A stretch of DNA of 37,662 nucleotides, from the NCBI GenBank assembly GCA_017694175.1, contig JADINE010000023.1, forward strand, positions 1-37,662. Direction: 5' to 3'. Position numbers and translations under genes: made by a program. Positions 1 through 8,436 of this stretch are shown piece after piece. The notes under the pieces were generated by a model. The model ran no database searches. It was given only the letters and a program-made list of their open reading frames with translations, and was not told where the DNA came from. Each line of letters starts with the position of its first letter. Within the stretch, counting starts at the first letter, position 1. Source of the stretch: Candidatus Enterousia excrementavium (lineage in GTDB: Bacteria; Pseudomonadota; Alphaproteobacteria; Rs-D84).

Positions 1-378
1 CGGCCACAATCGCGCATAGAAATGACAGGTGTATATTTCGCGCACGCCCAGGAATTTTGGCGCAATCAAACATTAAATGGCGCGCCTTTGGAATTGCGTG
101 AAATCGTTGTGCAAACGGCCGCGAACAGCGCAATACCGTACAATTCTCCGGCGCAACGTCGCACCACGCCACGCAGTGCGCCAAGCCAGGAATCCAATCG
201 TGTTGCATGGTACAATGTGAAATTTGCGCATGGTGAAACAGGCTGGATTTGCAACCGCTTGTATCGGAATTTAAAGGAAGCCGCCGAAGGCGCCGCCGTC
301 GATACTGTGTATCAAATATACAATGATAAAAAAGTTATCGATTGCATTCAAAAAGTATTGTTACAAAATCAGAAATAA
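1..378 (+). CDS. hypothetical protein, probably 5'-truncated by the window edge
   Basis: ORF 22..378; the frame has no stop back to position 1; followed by a terminator hairpin; no recognisable motif. Confidence 0.55.
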   Translation, partial: RPQSRIEMTGVYFAHAQEFWRNQTLNGAPLELREIVVQTAANSAIPYNSPAQRRTTPRSAPSQESNRVAWYNVKFAHGETGWICNRLYRNLKEAAEGAAVDTVYQIYNDKKVIDCIQKVLLQNQK

Positions 379-405
379 AATCGCCGCACATGCGGCGTTT
401 TTTTT
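377..405. terminator. intrinsic terminator between convergent genes
   Basis: CGCCGCA-ca-TGCGGCG (382-397), with an A-run before and a T8 run after. Confidence 0.8.
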
Positions 406-895
406 ATGCGTCTATGCCCAAACAAATATGCGCACACCAACCAATTAAAAACGCGATAATCGATACGCCGGCGCAAACCGCCAACATTTCGAAAAAATTT
501 CGCATATATGGCCGATGGCGCGATCGTCCCAGCCACCAGTTAAACAGAAATATTTCCGCCACAGCAATTGCAAACATCACAGTCATTTCAATTGCGCGAT
601 TTGTAAAGACAAAGAAAGGTAATATCAACGCCGCACACGTCACCATATATGCGCCGCCTGTATACAGGGCTGCAACAATTGCGCGCGCATTGCCGTTTGC
701 ACGCACGGCCAGATAATTGGACGCAGCCATAGATAAACTGGCGGTAATAGATGCGATAATCGCCGTCAGAATAATTGCATATCTGTCGGCCATGGCAACG
801 GCCAAACCTGCAATCAACCCGGTCAGTGATACCAACGCGTCATGCATGCCCAGGACAATTGCGCCGGCCGAATTAAAATTATTTTTGCGCATCAT
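404..895 (-). CDS. VIT1/CCC1-family membrane protein (Fe/Mn transporter-like), stand-alone membrane domain
   Basis: IVLGMHDALVSLTGLIAGL...SLSMAASNYL matches the VIT1/CCC1 LGxxDxLV...SMAxxxYL pattern; about 5 TM segments; start placed at ATG 895. Confidence 0.75.
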   Translation of the reverse strand: MMRKNNFNSAGAIVLGMHDALVSLTGLIAGLAVAMADRYAIILTAIIASITASLSMAASNYLAVRANGNARAIVAALYTGGAYMVTCAALILPFFVFTNRAIEMTVMFAIAVAEIFLFNWWLGRSRHRPYMRNFFEMLAVCAGVSIIAFLIGWCAHICLGIDA

Positions 896-958
896 GCGCC
901 CCAGTGTATCACCTGTGCATCTGTCCCGCACCAGGCATGGATTCTTATCCGGGATTTT

Positions 959-1527
959 TTATTCAATCACTACGGCGCCGGTGCGCACAACATTTGTGCT
1001 GTCCCCGTCCAGTACAACAACGGTACTGGGTGCGCCACCCATTGGTTCAAACGCGTTATCAATTACAATGATATCCGGAAATGTTTTGCGTATTTCGTCC
1101 GCCGATTGCAAGGGCGGTTGCCCAGATATATTTGCGGATGTTGTTGCCAGACAGTGCCCATCAATCACGCCGCATAATTCCATAAAGGGTTTGTAATTCG
1201 GCACGCGCACACCGCCAAACACCATGGAATCAGTCCCCGCCACAGGCACACCAATGGTCAATGCCCCGGCCAGTATTTATTTGCCAAATCAAACGCGCGC
1301 GCTGGATAATTTTCCATATACGGGCGAATGTGCGCCAGATTATCAGACATGATAATCAGATGTTTGTTTGCGGGCCGTCGTTTGATTTCAAACAGTGCAT
1401 CTGCCCCTGCGCGTGTCGGCAACGCCCCCAGTCCCCAAACAGTGTCCGTTGGGAACGCAATCACACCGCCAGATTTTAAATGATTATTTAATTCGGCCAC
1501 AAACGCCGCATCGTGCAAATTTGTCAT
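959..1527 (-). pseudogene. tsaC: TsaC/Sua5/YrdC threonylcarbamoyl-AMP synthase split by a 1-bp frameshift (possibly a sequencing error)
   Basis: The N-half (FPTDTVWGLG, IKRRPANK, YWPG) and the C-half (LTI, GVRVP, LATTSANISG, PSTVV) are in different frames; adding one G to the G4 run at 1264-1267 restores WPGALT and a 189-aa ORF. Confidence 0.85.
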
Positions 1528-1657
1528 ACACACAAAAATAGACCCTAAAAACCGTGTTGTAAAGGTAAAAGTTTTATAAAAATTGCGCTTTTTTCCTTGC
1601 ATTTCTGTGCCATATCTCACACAATGCAGGGCGTTTAAAAACCAAGGAGAAAACCAT

Positions 1658-4318
1658 ATGAGTGATAAATGGGTATATAAATTTGGTAACGGTGCCGCCG
1701 AAGGTAAAGCGGATATGCGTAACCTTTTGGGGGGCAAAGGTGCCAATTTGGCCGAAATGAATTTGGTCGGATTGCCTGTGCCGGCGGGCTTTACCGTTAC
1801 AACAGAAGTGTGCACATATTACTATGAACACGATCATACATATCCATCTGATTTGATGGACCAGGTTCGTGACGGTATCGCGCACATTGAAAGCATTATG
1901 GGCAAAAAATTTGCAGACATGGAAAATCCGTTGTTGGTATCTGTGCGTTCTGGTGCGCGCGTTTCCATGCCGGGCATGATGGATACAGTTTTGAATTTGG
2001 GTCTGAACGACGAAACAGTCAAAGCGTTGGCGCGTCATTCTGGTGACGAACGTTTTGCATATGATTCATATCGTCGTTTTATCATGATGTTTTCAGACGT
2101 TGTGCTGGGTGCAGACATTGATTTGTTTGAACATACCCTGGAACGTATGAAGGAAGACAAAGGTTATAAAGTCGATACAGAATTGACCGCCGATGATTTA
2201 AAAGAATTGGTCGAAAAATTCAAAGAAATCGGCAACAACATCGGCAAAGTATTCCCCCAGGATCCATGGGAACAACTGAAATTGGGTATTGGCGCCGTGT
2301 TCGGCAGCTGGATGAGCAAGAAAGCCATCACATACCGCAAACTGAACAATATCCCGGGCGATTGGGGCACAGCCGTTAACGTCCAGGCAATGGTGTTTGG
2401 TAATTCCGGCGACGATTCCGCAACAGGTGTGTGTTTCAGCCGCGACCCTGCCACTGGCGAAAACAAATACTATGGCGAATACCTGATTAACGCCCAGGGC
2501 GAAGACGTGGTTGCCGGTATCCGCACGCCACAGCCTATGAGCAAGGACGATTCAGGCCGCCTGTCATTGGAAGAGGCCATGCCCGAAGTCTATAAAGAAC
2601 TGTGTGATGTTCGTGAAAAATTGGAAAAACATTACAAAGACATGCAGGACATGGAATTCACCATCGAACACGGCAAATTATGGATGTTGCAGTGCCGTAA
2701 TGGTAAACGTACCGCCGCCGCGGCTGTTCGCATGGCTGTTGAAATGGTGGACGAAGGGCTGCTTACCAAAGAAGAAGCAATCCTGCGCGTTGGTGCGGAT
2801 CAATTGGATCACCTGTTGCACCCGATGTTGGATCCCAAAGCGGAAAAGAACGTAATCGCAACTGGTTTGCCTGCATCCCCAGGTGCCGCCGTTGGCCAGG
2901 CTGTCTTTAACGCAGACGATGCCGAAAAATGGGCCAAGGAAGGCAAACAGGTTATGTTAATCCGCATTGAAACATCACCCGAAGATATCGCCGGCATGAA
3001 CGCGGCCCAGGGTGTTATCACCGCCCGTGGTGGTATGACATCGCACGCGGCAGTGGTTGCCCGTGGTATGGGTACGCCGTGCGTATCTGGTTCGCCTGAT
3101 ATCAAAATTGATTACGAAACCAAAACGATGAAAACAACATCTGGCGTCGTAATTAACGAAGGCGATTGGGTGTCCATTGACGGTGCCCGTGGCCAGATTA
3201 TTGCCGGTCGTGTTCCAACAGTGTCTGTTGAATTAACTGGTAATTTCGGCACATTAATGAAATGGGTTGACGAAATCAAATCGTTAAAGGTCAAAGCCAA
3301 CGCCGAAACACCAAAAGATGCCAAACAGGCGCGTGATTTCGGTGCCGAAGGTATCGGTCTGGCGCGTACGGAACACATGTTCTTTGACCCGTCACGTATC
3401 CAGGACATGCGCGAAATGATTTTGGCCGACGACGAAGATGGCCGTCGTGCTGCGCTGGCTAAATTGTTGCCGTATCAAAAGGCCGACTTTGTTGAATTGT
3501 TCAAAATCATGGACGGTCTGCCGGTTACAATTCGTTTGATTGACCCACCGTTGCACGAATTCCTGCCTCATACCGAGGAAGAAATTCAGGAATTGGCCAA
3601 CCACATTGGTAAATCAGTTGAATTTGTCAAGGCACGTTCCGAAGCCCTGCGTGAAACGAATCCGATGTTGGGTCATCGTGGTTGCCGTTTGGCGATTACA
3701 TATCCAGAAATCTGCGAAATGCAGACGCGCGCGATTTTGTCCGCTGCACTGGAATGCAAAAACGCCGGCGTACATGTATTCCCTGAAATCGAGGTTCCAT
3801 TGGTTGGTTCCAAAAAAGAAGTGGATATTGTTAAATCAGTAATTGACGCAACGGCTGCATCATTGTTTGCTGAAACAGGCGACAGTGTTGAATACAGCGT
3901 TGGTTCCATGATTGAATTGCCGCGTGCCGCTGTATTGGCTGATCAAATCGCGGAAAGTTGCGAATTCTTTGAATTCGGCACAAACGATTTGACCCAAACA
4001 ACATTGGGCATGTCGCGCGACGATACAGGTAAAATCCTGGACGAATATCGCGCCCGTGGAATCTATGTTGCGGATCCGTTCGCGTCGGTCGATCAACAGG
4101 GTGTCGGCATCTTGATCGAAGACGCTGTCGCCAAAGCCCGCAAAACCAAGGGTGCAGAAATTCACCTGGGGGTTTGTGGTGAACATGGTGGCGATCCAGC
4201 ATCTGTTGAATATTTCCACCGTGTTGGATTTGATTCCGTATCTTGCAGTCCGTTCCGCGTGCCAATCGCACGCCTTGCGGCGGCCCAGGCGGCGGTCAAA
4301 TTCCCACGCAACAAATAA
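1658..4318 (+). CDS. ppdK: pyruvate, phosphate dikinase
   Basis: LLGGKGANLAEM, LLVSVRSGA, GGMTSHAAVVARG (phospho-His), GVCGEHGGDP; RBS AAGGAG at 1644-1649 supports ATG 1658. Confidence 0.98.
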   Translation: MSDKWVYKFGNGAAEGKADMRNLLGGKGANLAEMNLVGLPVPAGFTVTTEVCTYYYEHDHTYPSDLMDQVRDGIAHIESIMGKKFADMENPLLVSVRSGARVSMPGMMDTVLNLGLNDETVKALARHSGDERFAYDSYRRFIMMFSDVVLGADIDLFEHTLERMKEDKGYKVDTELTADDLKELVEKFKEIGNNIGKVFPQDPWEQLKLGIGAVFGSWMSKKAITYRKLNNIPGDWGTAVNVQAMVFGNSGDDSATGVCFSRDPATGENKYYGEYLINAQGEDVVAGIRTPQPMSKDDSGRLSLEEAMPEVYKELCDVREKLEKHYKDMQDMEFTIEHGKLWMLQCRNGKRTAAAAVRMAVEMVDEGLLTKEEAILRVGADQLDHLLHPMLDPKAEKNVIATGLPASPGAAVGQAVFNADDAEKWAKEGKQVMLIRIETSPEDIAGMNAAQGVITARGGMTSHAAVVARGMGTPCVSGSPDIKIDYETKTMKTTSGVVINEGDWVSIDGARGQIIAGRVPTVSVELTGNFGTLMKWVDEIKSLKVKANAETPKDAKQARDFGAEGIGLARTEHMFFDPSRIQDMREMILADDEDGRRAALAKLLPYQKADFVELFKIMDGLPVTIRLIDPPLHEFLPHTEEEIQELANHIGKSVEFVKARSEALRETNPMLGHRGCRLAITYPEICEMQTRAILSAALECKNAGVHVFPEIEVPLVGSKKEVDIVKSVIDATAASLFAETGDSVEYSVGSMIELPRAAVLADQIAESCEFFEFGTNDLTQTTLGMSRDDTGKILDEYRARGIYVADPFASVDQQGVGILIEDAVAKARKTKGAEIHLGVCGEHGGDPASVEYFHRVGFDSVSCSPFRVPIARLAAAQAAVKFPRNK

Positions 4319-4340
4319 AAAACGCCCGAAAGGGCGTTTT
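4319..4340 (+). terminator. intrinsic terminator of ppdK
   Basis: AAAACGCCC-GAAA-GGGCGTTTT. Confidence 0.85.
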
Positions 4341-4471
4341 CTAGAGAACAGAGAACAGATAACAGAGAACAGATAACAGAGTACAGAGTACAGAGAACAG
4401 AGTACAAATGATGTACAAATATCTGTTCTCTGTTATCTGTTCTCTGTTATCTGTTCTCTGTTCTCTAGAAA
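4338..4471. repeat. palindromic heptamer-repeat element: YAGAKWA tandem arrays in inverted orientation
   Basis: Nine heptamers on + (4342-4404) and six full units plus a partial one on - (4421-4467); 4338-4381 is the exact reverse complement of 4428-4471; CTAG near both ends. Confidence 0.92.
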
Positions 4472-5025
4472 CTATAATTTACCCCCAGGCCGGTAAAATT
4501 AAATCCGCGATTGATTTCTGTAAAATCGCCATTTGAAAAATGTTGGGTGAACAATTCGATGCGCCAATCATTGCCAATATTTTTTCCAATGAACACGCGT
4601 TCACCAAACACCAATTTACTTTCAACATATCTGTCGTTGGAATCGCGCATATATGGGCCAATACCAATGCCCAGATAAAATCCGCGCCAATTAATTAACG
4701 CCACGTCCCAACTGACACCAATGGCCATAAATGATAATCCGTGGTCGTCGCCATAGGCGAAATTTTGTACAAAATTTAAATTCATACGTGACGGCAACCG
4801 GAAAATATTCAGTGGCTGGCTGTATTGAACAATAAGACTGGTCATCGGTTCAAATTCCCACAAAAACGGATCAACCAGTTTAAACATAGTCCCCGGTCCA
4901 GTTCCCTGGGCGGCATAAATTGCGATATTGTTTTCGTTGCCTGCACCGAATAACGGATTTACATCATCGTCGGCCACCGCAGGCAAAGTTAAAACAGACA
5001 AAATTACAGCAACTAATTTTTTCAT
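4465..5025 (-). CDS. PagL-like / acyloxyacyl hydrolase outer-membrane beta-barrel (lipid A deacylase-like)
   Basis: Signal peptide MKKLVAV..AVA; HFSNG...NRGFN motif (PagL HxSNx...NxG); terminal aromatic strand VNYSF. Confidence 0.72.
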   Translation of the reverse strand: MKKLVAVILSVLTLPAVADDDVNPLFGAGNENNIAIYAAQGTGPGTMFKLVDPFLWEFEPMTSLIVQYSQPLNIFRLPSRMNLNFVQNFAYGDDHGLSFMAIGVSWDVALINWRGFYLGIGIGPYMRDSNDRYVESKLVFGERVFIGKNIGNDWRIELFTQHFSNGDFTEINRGFNFTGLGVNYSF

Positions 5026-5100
5026 GGCAAACGAATTATACATCAAAACGCCCCATCAGACAAATGATAAAAATTCCCGCGCGCGTGCCTGGTTTTCTTA

Positions 5101-5129
5101 TTTACAGCGCGCCGCAAAAATGTTATAAT
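5101..5129 (+). promoter_or_regulatory. sigma70-type promoter for the 5215 gene
   Basis: TTTACA-17 bp-TATAAT with extended -10 TG. Confidence 0.6.
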
Positions 5130-5214
5130 TACATAAAATGGTGGATGGTTTATACACAACCAATCCGCTGAACGTCGTATTTTCCGGGCGTTTCCGGAAC
5201 CAGGGGGAGTTTCA

Positions 5215-7434
5215 ATGAAAAACCGTAATTTCGCAGAACATATCAAAAATGCGATGGGTACAGTTTTTTTACTGGCGGGCGCATTTTTTGTTTGCTCGAC
5301 ATTGGTGTCAATGCGCGCCGTATTTGCGGATCCAATCGCACCGGTGACTGTGTCGCCGGCGGCAAACGTGCAATCTCCGCGCAGTGGCGCGAACGTCCGC
5401 GCATCTGCACGGCCTGCATCATCGCGCAGTACATCTGCGAACATCGTATCGCGTGGCACGGCGAATAACGCCGCAAACAGCTCGCGCGCCGTAACATCGC
5501 GTGCAACAGTATCACGTGGGGCGGTGGCGCCGGTTACATCGCCTGCAACAACTGCAAACGCATCGCGTACAACCGCCTCTGCCCGCCCAAGTGCGACTGT
5601 GTCGCGTGGCACGGCCGCAACAACGGCATCATCACGTACAACTGCGTCACGTGGCAATGCGACACGTAATGTGGTGTCGCGTACAACATCGGCGAATGTG
5701 GCAAATCCGTCGCGCGCGGTTGTTTCACGCACAACTACAACACCGTCTCGTATATCACTTACAGGCAGTGCCATCCGTGGCAGCAAAGCGGCCGTGAATT
5801 CGAATACATACACTTACTTGTCAAATCGTTTGTACACGGGCAATTATTCAAACATCATTGATTCATCAACTGGTCTGATTTCTGCCGAGGCATATAATAA
5901 CTGCAAAGAATCATATTATGCCTGTATGGACGAAATCTGCACGGCGCGTAATGCGGCCCAGCGCCGTTGTGCATGCGCCGGCCGTGTAAAGGCTTTTGCC
6001 GAGGCCGAAGCCGCCCTGGAACAGGCGAACGAAGAATTAATCAAAGTTTCCGGTGAACTGGCGTTGTTGATTGCCACCAAGGGCAAGGATGTAAGCCAGG
6101 CTTTCCAATTAACCGACGCTGAAAAGGTTATGAACTGCGTATCATGGAAAGAGGTCACCGATCAATACGGTCAATCTTCGGACGAGGCCATTGAATGGTG
6201 CAACAACCACGGTATTTATGGCACAAATGGTTCCGCGTTGTCATCGTGCTCACAACCGTTATATTGTACAGAAACTGGTAATAATTTCGGGTTTGATATT
6301 GCAAATATCGACGGCAATAGCAGTGATATTTTGGCGTCCCTGCAATCCTGGGCCAAAGCCAAGGAAAACACATTAACAATTCTGACCGATGATACAGACA
6401 GTTTAACGTCTGCTTTTGATGAATTGACCAGCGTTGTAGGCAGTTTAGCCGGCATAGAAGGTTCATTGGCGAATTCTGCGGATTTGAAAGATTCCCTGGC
6501 CGAAACATGGGGTTACGAATTGTTTGAATATGCGCACAACAATGTGTGCAACCGCGTGCTGGATTCCTGCTTTAACGGCATATACGAGGCCTGTGGCACA
6601 CCGCCATCTGGTGGTACAAAATGCGGTAACGGTCGTTCCCAGTGCCCATATAACTATAACAGTTATATATCCGTATCAAATACAGGCTCGTATGAATTGG
6701 ATTTCATTGAACCCAATACTGGTTATACGGCGTCCAATTCCGCAACATGCTTTGGGTATACATCTGCATCGGGCGATCCGTATGTGGACTTGCGTGGGCC
6801 GGTGGCCGATGCCCGTCGCAGCATTATGCAGCAATATGCACTGGACGCGAACGCCGACTGTGACGCGTATGGCGAACAGTTAAGCGCAACTGCCCAGAAT
6901 ATCGGATATCAAAAGGTTGCCGCCCAACAGGCATTGCAACAAAAACGTCTGGAATTCTATCAGGAAGAACAGGAAACCGTCCTGGCCGAGGCAACAGCCG
7001 CCGGTACGAACTTTAACGAATGTTTAAGCGAGATATTCGATTGCTATGAAACCCAGGCAGATGCTGAACCGAATTGGACATCGGCACGTATCAAAACATA
7101 CTGTGCCCAGGTTGCAAATGTTCCGCATTGCTATGAAACAATGATTTGCAATCCGTCCACATCGCAATTCCGCGCTATTATTGACGAACAGGATAACGCG
7201 TCCTGCAATAACAGCCAGAATTACGAGGAAAATACTTGCCGCAATGTTGTGACACTGAACGAAATCTTGAACGGTGTAAATGGCGCAACGGTCGTCGATG
7301 AGGATACACCGCTCTGTATTGGCGAAGATGCGACTAAGTGTAATTCAGCCAATCTGCGTGAACAGTGTCTGTTGAATAATTGGGTTAAAGAAATCCGTGA
7401 TTGGGAAAAACAAAAAGACAGCCCAGGAAATTAA
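5215..7434 (+). CDS. large secreted Cys-rich hypothetical protein with S/T/A/R low-complexity N-terminus (paralog of 8437..10818)
   Basis: 739 aa; RBS GGGGAG; signal peptide; repeated VSR motifs; CxxxYxxCMDxxC...RCxC motif. Confidence 0.85.
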   Translation: MKNRNFAEHIKNAMGTVFLLAGAFFVCSTLVSMRAVFADPIAPVTVSPAANVQSPRSGANVRASARPASSRSTSANIVSRGTANNAANSSRAVTSRATVSRGAVAPVTSPATTANASRTTASARPSATVSRGTAATTASSRTTASRGNATRNVVSRTTSANVANPSRAVVSRTTTTPSRISLTGSAIRGSKAAVNSNTYTYLSNRLYTGNYSNIIDSSTGLISAEAYNNCKESYYACMDEICTARNAAQRRCACAGRVKAFAEAEAALEQANEELIKVSGELALLIATKGKDVSQAFQLTDAEKVMNCVSWKEVTDQYGQSSDEAIEWCNNHGIYGTNGSALSSCSQPLYCTETGNNFGFDIANIDGNSSDILASLQSWAKAKENTLTILTDDTDSLTSAFDELTSVVGSLAGIEGSLANSADLKDSLAETWGYELFEYAHNNVCNRVLDSCFNGIYEACGTPPSGGTKCGNGRSQCPYNYNSYISVSNTGSYELDFIEPNTGYTASNSATCFGYTSASGDPYVDLRGPVADARRSIMQQYALDANADCDAYGEQLSATAQNIGYQKVAAQQALQQKRLEFYQEEQETVLAEATAAGTNFNECLSEIFDCYETQADAEPNWTSARIKTYCAQVANVPHCYETMICNPSTSQFRAIIDEQDNASCNNSQNYEENTCRNVVTLNEILNGVNGATVVDEDTPLCIGEDATKCNSANLREQCLLNNWVKEIRDWEKQKDSPGN

Positions 7435-7460
7435 AAAACGCCCCACCGGGGCGTTTTTTA
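7432..7460 (+). terminator. intrinsic terminator
   Basis: TAAAAAACGCCCC-acc-GGGGCGTTTTTTA. Confidence 0.85.
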
Positions 7461-7493
7461 GAGTACAGAGAACAGAGAACAGAGTACAGAGAA
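7459..7493 (+). repeat. heptamer tandem array (5 units), same family as 4338-4471
   Basis: TAGAGTA CAGAGAA CAGAGAA CAGAGTA CAGAGAA. Confidence 0.85.
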
Positions 7494-7626
7494 TATTTGT
7501 TTTTATCATTGTGGGCAAAGCGCGGCGTGGGGCGGGGTGGGGCAGAGAATTTAAGAAAGCACACTTACTCCCCATTGTCATCCCCCTGTTATTTTTGTGT
7601 TTTGTTGAAAATTTTATGCAAAACAC

Positions 7627-7654
7627 TTGACTTTTGATAAAAAAATGATACTTT
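7627..7654 (+). promoter_or_regulatory. putative promoter of rplU-rpmA
   Basis: TTGACT-16 bp-TACTTT with extended -10 TG. Confidence 0.5.
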
Positions 7655-7706
7655 TGTAGAAACTTTTGAACAAATCTGAACAAGAACAACAACAAGAGAA
7701 AGACAC

Positions 7707-8006
7707 ATGAGCAATATTGCAATCTTTCAAACCGGCGGCAAACAATATCGCGTGAAAACGGGCGACGTTGTAAAGGTTGAACGCCTGAATGCCGACGGCA
7801 CGGTCGAATTTGACCAGGTTTTAATGCTGGACGACAAAATCGGCACGCCGTTCATCGATGGCGCGCGCGTCGTGGCCCAGGTTGTGGAACAAAAACGTGG
7901 TGACAAAGTTTTGGTGTTCAAGAAAAAACGCCGTCAAAACTATCGCCGTACACGCGGCCATCGCCAGTATATTACTGTGTTGAAAATTACGGAAATCAAG
8001 GGTTAA
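7707..8006 (+). CDS. rplU: 50S ribosomal protein L21
   Basis: [12 protein letters not shown]...[17 protein letters not shown]. Confidence 0.98.
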   Translation: MSNIAIFQTGGKQYRVKTGDVVKVERLNADGTVEFDQVLMLDDKIGTPFIDGARVVAQVVEQKRGDKVLVFKKKRRQNYRRTRGHRQYITVLKITEIKG

Positions 8007-8030
8007 TCCCCGGATATAAGGAGTTTAATT

Positions 8031-8297
8031 ATGGCACACAAGAAAGCAGGTTCGGCAACCACCAACGGACGCGATTCCGCGGGACGTCGTTTGGGTGTTA
8101 AAAAATCCGGCGGCAGCCGTGTCATTCCTGGCAACATCATCATTCGTCAGCGTGGCACATCTGTGCATCCCGGCCTGAACGTCGGCATGGGCAAGGACCA
8201 CACACTGTTCGCGAAAATTGCGGGCGTTGTGAAATTCAAACGTGGTCTGGGCGATCGGAAAACAGTTTCTGTTATCCCAGAAGACGAAGCAAAATAA
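8031..8297 (+). CDS. rpmA: 50S ribosomal protein L27
   Basis: MAHKKAG..NGRDS.GRRLGVK...IIIRQRGT; RBS AAGGAG; follows rplU. Confidence 0.98.
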   Translation: MAHKKAGSATTNGRDSAGRRLGVKKSGGSRVIPGNIIIRQRGTSVHPGLNVGMGKDHTLFAKIAGVVKFKRGLGDRKTVSVIPEDEAK

Positions 8298-8298
8298 G

Positions 8299-8323
8299 AA
8301 AACGGGGCCTCGCCCCGTTTTTT
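8299..8323 (+). terminator. intrinsic terminator of rplU-rpmA
   Basis: AAAACGGGGC-ctc-GCCCCGTTTTTT. Confidence 0.85.
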
Positions 8324-8325
8324 AT

Positions 8326-8353
8326 TAGAGTGCAGGGTATAGAGTGTAGATAA
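8326..8353 (+). repeat. degenerate heptamer array (4 units)
   Basis: TAGAGTG CAGGGTA TAGAGTG TAGATAA directly after the terminator. Confidence 0.55.
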
Positions 8354-8436
8354 TGCCCACCGCATATATTATGATAACCAACACGCATTTTCATCTTTTC
8401 ACTTTTCATCAGTTGTGATATAATTAAAAGAAATAG

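Noticed and set aside
1258-1275. Programmed ribosomal frameshift in tsaC
   Set aside because: No X-XXY-YYZ slippery heptamer or evident stimulator; an indel or sequencing error is simpler
1583-1657. N-terminal extensions in the ORF track (ppdK, also 1528-1815, 32878, 34262, 27787)
   Set aside because: Downstream starts fit the RBS and family N-termini better
4342-4467. CRISPR array
   Set aside because: Contiguous 7-bp units with no unique spacers and no cas genes
7345-7722. Small ORFs over the repeat-containing intergenic regions (also 4152..4407, 33541..34040)
   Set aside because: They are translations of repeats and terminators, or antisense to rpmH
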